A stretch of 64,000 nt of DNA, from NCBI RefSeq assembly GCF_006345805.1, contig NC_042999.1, forward strand, positions 162,192,001 through 162,256,000, given 5' to 3'. Origin of the DNA: Octopus sinensis (Eukaryota). Positions 37,950 to 49,429 of the stretch are shown piece after piece; the first letter of the stretch is position 1, and each line of letters begins with the position of its first letter. The notes below the pieces were generated by a model. It was not told where the DNA came from. It was given only the letters and a program-made list of their open reading frames with translations, and did no database searches. The translations under genes and the position numbers were made by a program.

Positions 37950-39900
37950 CTACAACTCAAGATACCTGGGAAAGAAACCATCAAATGGAACTAAAGAACC
38001 CACAAAAGATTCACATTGGATATTAAACAAGACATTTTAAAAAGACTTCATATGGAAGATAAAAAAAAATCAGCCATATTGCGCCCATAGGCGCAGGAGT
38101 AGCTGTGTGGTAAGTAGCTTGTTTACCAACCACATGGTTCCGGGTTCAGTCCCACTGCGTGGCACCTTGGGCAAGTGTCTTCTACTATAGCCTCGGGCCG
38201 AGCAAAGCCTTGTGAGTGGATTTAGTAGAGGGAAACTGAAAGAAGCCCGTCGTATATATGTATATATATATATGTGTGTGTGTGTTCGTGTGTCTGTGTT
38301 TGTCCCCCTAGCATTGCTTGGCAACCGATGCTGGTGTGTTTATGTCCCCGTTACTTAGCGGTTCAGCAAAAGAGGCCGATAGAATAAGTACTGGGCTTAC
38401 AAAGAATAAGTCCCGGGGTCGATTTGCTCGACTAAAGGTGGTGCTCCAGCATGGCCGCTGTCAAATGACTGAAACAAGTAAAAGAGAGTATTGCTAAAAC
38501 ATTAAAGCTTGTAGCATCTGCAGTGGGAAAAATATATGACAGGAGAGAGAAAATTAAGTCAAATACTGAAGAAGCTACTTTATTAATTACCCACAACTTA
38601 CTTCTCTACAAATCTAATTGTCATGCTTAAAATGAAATAGCTCTTGAGTGGATGGACTAAGGATCAGAGTCAACATAATTTGCTGATAAGCACTACGGTA
38701 ATTAAAAAAGCCAAGTTTCTATGATCATTTGTATAACAATGAAGATGAAGTTTCCAATGAAAAAACTTTTCTTGTTAGTAAAGGCTGGTTTGAAAGGTTT
38801 AAGAAGGACTTAGAACTGCACAACATAAGAATGCCTGAAGAAGCAGCCAGTTCTGATACAGAGTCTGTTATCAAATACCCTGTACAGCTGAAGAATATGA
38901 TTACTGAAGGATGCTGTACACCAGAGTAAAATATACTATGTTGATGAAACTACACTTTTCAGGAAGCCAATACTCTACTCTTTTACTTGTTTCAGTCATT
39001 TGACTGCGGCCATGCTGGAGCACCGCCTTTAGTCGAGCAAATCGACCCCGGGACTTATTCTTTGTAAGCCCAGTACTTATTCTATCGGTCCCTTTTGCTG
39101 AACCGCTAAGTGACGGGGATGTAAACACACCAGCATCGGTTGTCAAGCAATGCTAGGGGGACAAACACAGACACACAAACACATACACACACACACACAT
39201 ATATATATACATATATACAACAGGCTTCTTTCAGTTTCCGTCTACCAAATCCACTCACAAGGCATTGGTCGGCCCGGAGCTATAGCAGAAGACACTTGCC
39301 CAAGATGCCACGCAGTGGGACTGAACCCGGAACCATGCGGTTGGTTAGCAAGCTACTTACCACACAGCCACTCCTGCGCCTAGCTAGAATTTTTTTTTTT
39401 TTTTTTTGAGAAAAAAGATTTAAAACTTCTATTGGGAGAAAATGCTGCTGGTGAAATGAAATTTAGCCTCCTCCATGTGTATGACTCTGAAAATCCAAGG
39501 GTTACTCAAAGTTCAATCTACCTCTGATTTGGTTTTCAAATAAGTCATGGATGACAAAGAGCCATTTTGCAGTATGGTTTAAAAGTATCTTTTATGTTGT
39601 GTTGTAGAAAGGTACAGAACCCATGTTTCGCTACCTTCAAGTATAGCTGTTCATACACAAGTATGACACAATCTACCCATCACTAAAAGAAATAAATACT
39701 TCTGATGATGGAATGAGTTGCATGCCATATTTTTGCATTTAATATGCAATTATCAATTGAAAATTTTCTGAAGCGTTATCATTGTCTTCAATTCACTGCT
39801 TAAGCCAAAGCAATGCTAAAAACTACTTTTTTTTATCTCATCAGGCAGTGTATCTCCCAGCACCTGAACAAGAACATTCACATTCCAGATATTTCATGGT
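37950..39900 (+). mobile_element. Decayed Tigger/pogo transposase split by two SINE B copies (38089-38489 +, 38974-39381 -)
   Basis: HKRFTLDIKQDILKRL (psq HTH), VSKGWFERFKK..LHNIRMPEEAASSD, and later DDE-region remnants. Confidence 0.8.
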
Positions 39901-39936
39901 TTCTGCTATATTTTATATACATATATATATATATAT

Positions 39937-39967
<31 letters not shown>

Positions 39968-39992
39968 TAGATATAGATATAATATATATGTG

Positions 39993-40399
39993 TAGTGGCT
40001 GTGTGGTAAGTAGCTTGCTAACCAACCACATGGTTCCGGGTTCAGTCCCACTGCATGGCACCTTGGGCAAGTGTCTTCTGCTATAGCCTCGGACCGACCA
40101 AAGCCTTGTGAGTGGATTTGGTAGACGGAAACTGAAAGAAGCCTGTCGTATATATGTATATATATATATATACATGTGTGTGCGTGTGTGTGTGTTTGTG
40201 TGTTTGTCCCCCTTGCATTGCTTGACAACCGATGCTGGTGTGTTTACGTCCCCGTCACTTAGCGGTTCAGCAAAAGAGACCGATAGAATAAGTACTGGGC
40301 TTACAAAGAATAAGTCCCGGGGTCGATTTGCTCGACTAAAGGCAGTGCTCCAGCATGGCCGCAGTCAAATGACTGAAACCTGTAAAAGAGTAAAAGAGT
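39993..40399 (+). mobile_element. SINE family B
   Basis: Family match. Confidence 0.9.
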
Positions 40400-40419
40400 A
40401 TATAAAATATATCTAAAAG

Positions 40420-40800
40420 TATATATATGGGATTGTGCCAAATTTTGGCATTGAAAGCTACACAAATGCCAGAACAGGTCACTACTGCACAGTGCCAAAG
40501 ATCCCAACAATGCCATCATGCTTCAGGATCAGTTAGTGTGCCAGCCTTGGTTTCAAGGGCCCACAGCTTTTAAATATTCTCTCAAAGAACCTAAGGGACC
40601 TACACAAAGTGGATGTAGATGTTTTCAAAACAATTCTGGACTTCTGGTCAAGAATCCCAGATGAACCTACCTCGCAGCAGGAGGCACAAATGACAGCAGC
40701 GACATCAAATTCCCTTATTGACTAAATGCCATATATCCAAGGAGGCTCTCAATAATAACAGTGTAGCAAAATGGTGGTGCCCCAGCATGACCACAAATTG
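40420..40800 (+). mobile_element. CR1/L2-like LINE 3' end
   Basis: SLGFKGPQL..NLRDLHKVDVDVFK..IPDEP C-terminal remnant. Confidence 0.6.
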
Positions 40801-40840
40801 AGCAGAAACTGATTAAAAATATTTTCAAAATGTGTGTATA

Positions 40841-41348
40841 TCTATATATATAAAATTCAACTTGTGTGTCTGTGTGTGTATCTGTGTGTGTGACTGTGTG
40901 TTTAACTTCCCGGCACATCTCCTCCTAGCCGACAAATTGTAGAACCACCAAAAATGGGTCACTTAAAGTTTAGGCGAATCAAAATTGAACTGCGCTATTT
41001 CTGTTCTGAAATTCATCTCGCAAGTGCAAAAATCGATAATGTGTTTGTTTAGGCCTTATCCCATACTTTGAATAGTGAACTTTACTCAGTCAGCTGTTTG
41101 ACGTGAACTGTGCTCACCACGCGTGCAAGCATGCGTAAATTGCATGAAAAATAAAAAATCAAGATATAACAAATGAATTGCCATAAACATTGTAGAAATT
41201 CAGCAAAGAAATGAATTTTCGGGATGTAGCCTGGAGGGTTTTTTTGTATTAATGGTTTGGACTTTGTGAACACATACCAATTGTTTTCATAACATTTTAA
41301 CGCTTTGAATTAAATGTGACCATTTTGCAAAGCCGGGCAATACTACTA

Positions 41349-41349
<1 letters not shown>
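40841..41349 (+). mobile_element. Non-autonomous Helitron-like element
   Basis: a|TCTATATATATAAA start; GCAAAGCCGGGC..CTAG|t end. Confidence 0.7.
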
Positions 41350-41410
<61 letters not shown>

Positions 41411-41449
41411 CTGTAAATAAAATATATATAAATAAAATCTATAGAAATG

Positions 41450-41956
<507 letters not shown>

Positions 41957-41967
41957 TATAGATATAT

Positions 41968-42170
41968 CATCATCATCGTTTAACGTCCATTTTCCATGCT
42001 AGCATGGGTTGGACAGTTCAACTGGGGTCTGAGAAGCCAGGAGGCTGCACCAGGCCCCAATCTGATTTGGCAGTGCTTCTACAGCTGGATACCCTTCCTA
42101 ACGACAACCACTCTGAGAGTGTAGTGGGTGCTTTTTACGTGCCACCAGCACATGGGCCAGAGGAGCTGGC
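41968..42170 (-). mobile_element. RTE LINE 3'-end fragment with (TGA)n tail
   Basis: Same terminus as 13840, 42884, 54590 and 61140. Confidence 0.8.
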
Positions 42171-42883
42171 GTTGACCATATCAGGACATTAACCAACATG
42201 GATCTACGCAGGGTTGCACCTAAGGACTCATGCTCTTGTTTCTATAACTTTGGAAAGTTGGACTATGAACTTTTACGCTTCTCTTTCTTCTCTCTTTCCA
42301 ACTCCTTATTCTTTTACTCCCTTCCTCTTATTAATATATACCATTCTGATTTTCCATATCCCCCCCCCCTATTTATCTCTGATGATTGAATATCCCATAC
42401 TCAGGGATATCCCAGAAACAGCTGTAAGATTTTGAATTTCTTCTTATAACAATATTGTATATGAATTGAGATGTTTGCCTTGCCTTAATGTTTGACGTCC
42501 CATTTAACAATTATGTAGCCACTGCATCAGAAATCTTCAATTGTTCCATAACTACTGTTTTGGCAATAAACTTGGAGCCTCAGTAATCTGTTACAGCACT
42601 TACCTAGCATACCTAATCATTTAGATTACCTGTGTACTAAACCCCATATTTTATCTATCTATCTATCTATCTATCTCTCTCTCTCTCTCTCTATATATAT
42701 AATATATATATAATACACACACATTATATATACATTATATATATATATTATATGCGCACATTATTCATATACATATGCATTAAATACAGATGTTTCAATA
42801 TACGTATTATATATATATATACACACATTATATATATATATTATATATATAATAATATATATATATATATATAATATATATAT

Positions 42884-45800
42884 ATCATCATCATCATCAT
42901 CATCATCGTTTAACGTCGCTTTCCATGCTAGCATGGGTTGGACGGTTCAACTGGGGTCTGGCAAGCTCGAAGGCTGCACCAGGCCAGTCAGATCTGGCAG
43001 TGTTTCTACAGCTGGATGCTCTTCCTAACGCCAACCACTCCGAGAGTGTAGTGGGTGATTTTATGTGCCACCGACACAGGTGCCAGACGAGGCTGGCAAA
43101 CGGCCACGCTCAGATGGTGTTTTTATGTGCCACCGACACAGGTGCTAGACGAGGCTGGGAGACGGCCACGCTCGGATGGTGTTTTTATGTGCCACCGACA
43201 CAGGTGCCAGACGAGGCTGGCAAACGGCCACGATCGGATGGTGTTTGTTACGTCCCCAAAGCACGGAGGCCAGTCTATGCGGTACTGGCTACGGCCACGT
43301 TCGGATGGTTTTCTTGTGTGCCACCGGCACTGGTACCACAAAGATACAAATTCCATTGATGTTCATCTATTTTGATTTGTTTTGATTTGATTTGATTTTC
43401 ACTTGCCTCAACAGGTCTTCACAAGTGTCACAAGAAGGAGGGTATGCACAGGTGGACTGACTACGTCCCAGGTAGGGGCAACGGGTTATGGCCTGACTAG
43501 TCTTGCCGGGTCTTCGGATGGTGTTTTTATGTGCCACCGACACAGGTGCCAGATGAGGTGGCGAACGGCCACGATCGGATGGTGTTTGTTGCGTGCCCAC
43601 AGCACGGAGGCCAGTCGATGCGGTACTGGCTACGGCCACGTTCGGATGGTTTTCTTGTGTGCCACCGGCACTGGTACCACAAAGATACAAATTCCATTGA
43701 TGTTCATCTATTTTGATTTGATTTGATTTGATTTTCACTTGCCTCAACAGGTCTTCACAGGTCTTCACAAGTGTCACAAGAAGGAAGGAAGGTATGCACA
43801 GGTGGACTGACTACGTCCCAAGTAGGGGCCACGGGTTATGGCCTGACTAGTCTTGCCGGGTCTTCGGTTGGTGTTTTTATGTTCCACCGACACAGGTGCC
43901 AGATGAGGCTAGCGGACAGCCACGATCGGATGGTGTTTGTTATGTGCCCACATCACAGAGGCCAGTCGATGCGGTACTGGCTACGGCCACGTTCGGATGG
44001 TTTTCTTGTGTGCCACCGGTACTGGTACCACAAAGATACAAATTCCATTGATGTTCATCTATTTTGATTTGGTTTGATTTGATTTGATTTGATTTTGATT
44101 TTCACTTGCCTCAACAGGTCTACACAAGTGTCACACACTTGCCTCAACAGGTCTTCACAAGTGTCATAAGTAGGAAGGTATGCACAGGTGGACTGACTAC
44201 GTCGCCGGGTCTTCGGATGGTTTTTTTTATGTGCCACCGACACAGATGCCAGATGTGGCTGGCGAACGGCCACAATCGGATGGTTTTCTTGTGTGCCACC
44301 GGTACTGGAACCACAAAGATACAAATTCCATTGATGTTCATCTATTTTGATTTGGTTTGATTTTCACTTGCCTCAACAGGTCTTCACAAGTGTCACACGT
44401 GTCACACACTTGCCTCAACAGGTCTCCACAAGTGTCACACACTTGCCTCTGCCTCAACAGGTCTTCACAAGTGTCACACACTTGCCTCTGCCTCAACAGG
44501 TCTTCACAAGTGTCATAAGAGGGAAGGTATGCACAGGTGGACTGACTACGTCGCCGGGTCTTCGGATGGTGTTTTTATGTGCCACCGACACAGGTGCCAG
44601 ATGAGGCTGGCGGACGGCCACGATCAGATGGTGTTTGTTGTGCCCACAGCACGGAGGCCAGTCGATGCGGTACTGGCTACGGCCACGTTCGGATGGTTTT
44701 CTTGTGTGCCACCGGTACTGGAACCACAAAGATACAAATTCCATTGATGTTCATCTATTTTGATTTGGTTTGATTTGATTTTCACTTGCCTCAACAGGTC
44801 TTCACAAGGGTCACACACTTGCCTCAACAGGTCTCCACAAGTGTCACACACTTGCCTCTGCCTCAACAGGTCTTCACAAGTGTCACACACTTGCCAAACA
44901 GGTCTTCACAAGTGTCATAAGAGGGAAGGTATGCACAGGTGGACTGACTACGTCGCCGGGTCTTCGGATGGTGTCTTTATGTGCCACCGGCACAGGTGCC
45001 AGATGAGGCTGGCGAACGGCCACGATCGGATGGTGTTTGTTGTGCCCACAGCACGGAGGCCAGTCGATGCGGTACTGGCTACGGCCACGTTTGGGTGGTT
45101 TTCTTGTGTGCCACCGGCACTGGTACCACAAAGAATACAATTCACTGATGTTCATCTATTTTGATTTGTTTTGATTTGATTTTCACTTGCCTCAACAGGT
45201 CTTCATAAGTGTCACAAGAAGGAAGGTATGCACAGGAGGACTGACTACGTCCCAGGTAGGGGCCACGGGTTATGGCCTGACTAGTCTTGCCGGGTCTTCT
45301 CACGCACAGCATACTTCCATAGGTCTCGGTCTCTAGACATTTCCTTAGTGAGACCTAAAGTTCGAAGGTCGTGCTTCACCACCTCGTCCCAGGTTTTCCT
45401 GGGTCTACCTCTTCCACAGGTTCCCTCAACTGCTAGGGTGTAGCACTTTTGCACACAACTATCTTCAGCCTTTCTCGTCACATGACCATACCAGTGCAGC
45501 CGTCTCTCTTGCACGCCACAACTGACGCTTCTTAGGTTCAACTTTTCTCTCAAGGAACTTACACTCTGACGATATGAACACTGACATTACACATCCATCG
45601 GAGCATACTGGCTTCATTTCTTGCGAGCTTACGCATATCCTCAGCAGTCACGGCCCATGTTTCACTACCATGTAGCATGGCTGTACGTACACATGCATCA
45701 TACAGTCTGCTTTTACTCTGAGCGAGAGGCCTTTTGTCACCAGCAGGGGTAAGAGCTCTCTAAACTTTGCCCAGGCTATTCTTACTCTAGCAGTTACACT

Positions 45801-46095
45801 TTCAGCACACCCACTTACCGCTACTGACTTGGTCTCCTAGGTAGCGGAAGCTATCAACTACTTCTAGTTTGTCTCCCTGGAACGTGGCAGAAGTTGGTCT
45901 CTGCACATTTCCAGTGTTTATTGCTCCTGAGCATTTGCCACAGACAAAAACTATTTTCCTAGTTAGCCTTCCTTTGACATTGCTGCACCTCTTATGTGTC
46001 CATAGCTTACACTTGGTGCATCTCATAGAGTTTCTACCTACACCTTTTTTACAGATCGAGCAGGGCCATCTACCTGAAGGCGTTTGTGATTGATC
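42884..46095 (-). mobile_element. 5'-truncated RTE LINE whose 3' UTR contains a tandem array
   Basis: RWPCSICKKGVG..CSNVKG zinc-knuckle-like segment; RRLHWYGHV..GRGRPRKTW C-terminus (stop at 45281); (TGA)n tail at 42884. Confidence 0.9.
43050..45280. repeat. Tandem array of about 6 units (260-420 bp) with 62-bp and 21-31-bp sub-repeats
   Basis: (TTTGA)n block recurs near 43370, 43711, 44061, 44346, 44758 and 45160. Confidence 0.92.
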
Positions 46096-46101
46096 TATAT
46101 A

Positions 46102-46212
<111 letters not shown>

Positions 46213-46215
46213 TAC

Positions 46216-46800
46216 ACACACACCAGACAGGTAATGCACTATCAGAACGCTTGTGTGTGCATCGACAACAATTTAAAAATCCAGAGGTTCGCCAAATACC
46301 ACTGAGTAACCATCTGGCAACATGTGGTCGGAAAACTTTTATGATATTCCCATTTCATAAACTTTACAACCTGAATGAAATTGAGAGAAAACTGAGAGAA
46401 AAGGACTTTATTAAGAAATTCAAACCCAAGCTTAACAAACAATGATTAAATTAATCTTATTTGGGGTTTAAAAATCTTATCCCTATAACTAAAACACAAA
46501 AAAATCTCTAAAAAGTACTGCTGTCATCATTTCTGAAAATAAACATTGAAAAATGGTTTGGCATCATTTCTAAAAATAGCTAAACAACTATTACTGCTGT
46601 CCACAGGAACATACCTAAAGGACAAAAGACAGCCAGTCTACTACAGTTGAAACATTCCTGTCACAACCTGGGACCTTGAAGACTGTTTAAATGCAAGAAA
46701 GTATACTAGTCCCTTAATATTTGATATTCAACATTTCATCTATTCAATAAGACAATCAATACTTCATTTCATTTTACTATATATACATTATTTATACTAT
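46216..46800 (+). mobile_element. Penelope-like GIY-YIG C-terminus plus terminal repeat
   Basis: QTGNALSERLCVHRQQ..FPFHKL..REKDFIKKFKPKLN. Confidence 0.75.
46670..46713 (+). ncRNA. Degenerate hammerhead ribozyme
   Basis: GGGAC-CTTGAAGA (extra U)-ctg...caa-GAAAG tata CTA-GTCCC, downstream of a GIY-YIG fragment. Confidence 0.5.
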
Positions 46801-46849
46801 ATATTCTATATTCTACATTATAAAGAATATAAATAATTCCTTTGAATAA

Positions 46850-47031
46850 TATATATATATACATATATGTACATATACACACATATATATACACACATAT
46901 ATACATATATATATATACACATATATATATACACACATATATATATATACATAATATATACACATATATATATATACATATATACACATATATATATATA
47001 CACACACATATATATATACACACACATATAT

Positions 47032-47062
<31 letters not shown>

Positions 47063-47144
47063 CACACATATATATATACACATATATATACATATATACA
47101 TATATATATATGCATATGTATATATATATGTATATATATATGTA

Positions 47145-47185
<41 letters not shown>
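46850..47185. repeat. Compound (TA)/(CA) low-complexity tract
   Basis: Direct reading; source of the spurious YI/HI-rich ORFs. Confidence 0.95.
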
Positions 47186-47356
47186 AATATTAGGGAATAA
47201 ATCCAAATTTACAGGGAAAAAATCAGATTTAGGATTAAATCCAATTTTATAGTAAAATATTATAAATATTATTAGAGACAAAACCACTATTTTGCAAAAC
47301 AAACAAGGAAAGACTTAATCAATACATAAAATTTTAATAAATAGTCAAAAAAACCG

Positions 47357-47399
47357 CCACTACAATTGTTTCTTGTCTTGATCGACAATCTTCAGGTGG
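47357..47399 (-). ncRNA. Minimal type I hammerhead ribozyme (inverted copy of 48810-48852)
   Basis: Exact reverse complement of the 48810 motif; same sense as the putative host gene. Confidence 0.8.
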
Positions 47400-48809
47400 A
47401 CTTCCAATCTTTACCTTTTCGGTCTTCTAATGATCAGAATGACATTCATGATACCCACTCACATTTCAAGACATTTGTCCCTTTAACATAGTTTCGTCAG
47501 TAACATTTAGAATCTGAATACGGGTCAATGAGTTTTCTGTCTTTCACATAACACTTTTTTTCGCTTTCTAATAATTCTTTGTTGCGCGACAAGAAGAAAA
47601 GAAAAAGAGACGACTTCAAAGTACTAAGTCCTCTTGATGGTTATATTTGAACTCAGCGTTCTGGTTAATAGACTTCATATCTGTATGAATGCTCCAGCAT
47701 GGCCGCAGCTGTCCAGTCTTCAAAAAGTAGGTCTCCTTTTTTCAGCATTCATCCTCTACACCACAGGCGCATACAGGCAATCGGTCCGTCTGCTCGAGCA
47801 ATGAATAACTCTTACACTTGCATTTGGATATATTTACTGGAAAGCAGCATTTTTGTCGTGCTACTCTTGCGCTTGTCGCAAAGTGGAAAAGTGTGGGCTT
47901 CGTCAAGGAACAAAGTATCGTTCTGCAAGTTTTTTCCATCATATTCGCAATTTACTCTCCTTTGCTTTTCTTATACTGCAGTTTCGCCAAATTCAGTAAT
48001 AAAAATAGTATTCATTTACTCAGGCTGGCTCTTCAGTAAGATTCCTGTTAATGATGGGAAGACCATATCAATAGACCCATGTGCGTCTATCGAAATGCTC
48101 TTTCTAAAGAGCATTTCGATAGACGCACATGGGTCTATTGATATGGTCTTCCCATCATTAACAGGAATCTTACTGAAGAGCCAGCCTGAGTAAATGAATA
48201 CTATTTTTATTACTGAATTTGGCGAAACTGCAGTATAAGAAAAGCAAAGGAGAGTAAATTGCGAATATGATGGAAAAAACTTGCAGAACGATACTTTGTT
48301 CCTTGACGAAGCCCACACTTTTCCACTTTGCGACAAGCGCAAGAGTAGGCACGACAAAAATGCTGCTTTCCAGTAAATATATCCAAATGCAAGTGTAAGA
48401 GTTATTCATTGCTCGAGCAGACGGACCGATTGCCTGTATGCGCCTGTGGTGTAGAGGATGAATGCTGAAAAAAGGAGACCTACTTTTTGAAGACTGGACA
48501 GCTGCGGCCATGCTGGAGCATTCATACAGATATGAAGTCTATTAACCAGAACGCTGAGTTCAAATATAACCATCAAGAGGACTTAGTACTTTGAAGTCGT
48601 CTCTTTTTCTTTTCTTCTTGTCGCGCAACAAAGAATTATTAGAAAGCGAAAAAAGTGTTATGTGAAAGACAGAAAACTCATTGACCCGTATTCAGATTCT
48701 AAATGTTACTGACGAAACTATGTTAAAGGGACAAATGTCTTGAAATGTGAGTGGGTATCATGAATGTCATTCTGATCATTAGAAGACCGAAAAGGTAAAG
48801 ATTGGAAGT

Positions 48810-48852
48810 CCACCTGAAGATTGTCGATCAAGACAAGAAACAATTGTAGTGG
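48810..48852 (+). ncRNA. Minimal type I hammerhead ribozyme in a Penelope-type terminal repeat
   Basis: CCAC-CTGAAGA-TTGTC gatcaa GACAA-GAAAC aatt GTA-GTGG: stem I CCAC/GTGG, core CUGANGA, 5-bp stem II, GAAA, 2-bp stem III with palindromic loop, GUA site (cleavage after 48848). Confidence 0.8.
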
Positions 48853-48938
48853 CGGTTTTTTTGACTATTATTAAAATTTTATGTATTGATTAAGTCTTTC
48901 CTTGTTTGTTTTGCAAAATAGTGGTTTTGTCTCTAATA

Positions 48939-48980
<42 letters not shown>

Positions 48981-48984
48981 TATA

Positions 48985-49130
48985 TACGATGGGCTTCTTT
49001 CAGTTTCCATCTACCAAATCCACTCACAAGGTTTTGGTCAGCCCAAGGCTATAGTAGAAGACACCTGCCCATGGTGCCACGCTGTGGGACTTAACCCAGA
49101 ACCATGTGGTTGGTAAGCAAGCTACTTACC
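48985..49130 (-). mobile_element. SINE family B 5' half
   Basis: Family match. Confidence 0.8.
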
Positions 49131-49232
49131 ATATATGTATACACACATATATATGTATACACATATATATGTATATATATGTATACACATATATGTGTAT
49201 ACATATGTATACATATATATGTGTATACATGT

Positions 49233-49311
<79 letters not shown>

Positions 49312-49429
49312 ATACAAAATAAGAAAATGGAGGAATAGATTTCTATCAATACCCCTATCTCACTTTGTAATACATGTATATATATATGTATATGTATATA
49401 TGTATACATATATATATGTATATATATAC

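Larger units (their letters stand above)
47262..48946. repeat. Near-perfect palindrome, about 842-bp arms, 2-nt centre (CT at 48104-48105)
   Basis: Centre ATGCTCTTT-CT-AAAGAGCAT; only single-base indels seen between the arms. Confidence 0.95.

Noticed and set aside
43050-45280. CRISPR-like array
   Set aside because: The segments between repeats are themselves repeated and derive from a LINE 3' UTR; no unique spacers or cas genes; eukaryotic context.
46769-47302. Long YI/HI/CV-rich ORFs (also near 41532, 49104, 52332 and 31522)
   Set aside because: Translations of (TA)/(CA)/(TG) microsatellites.
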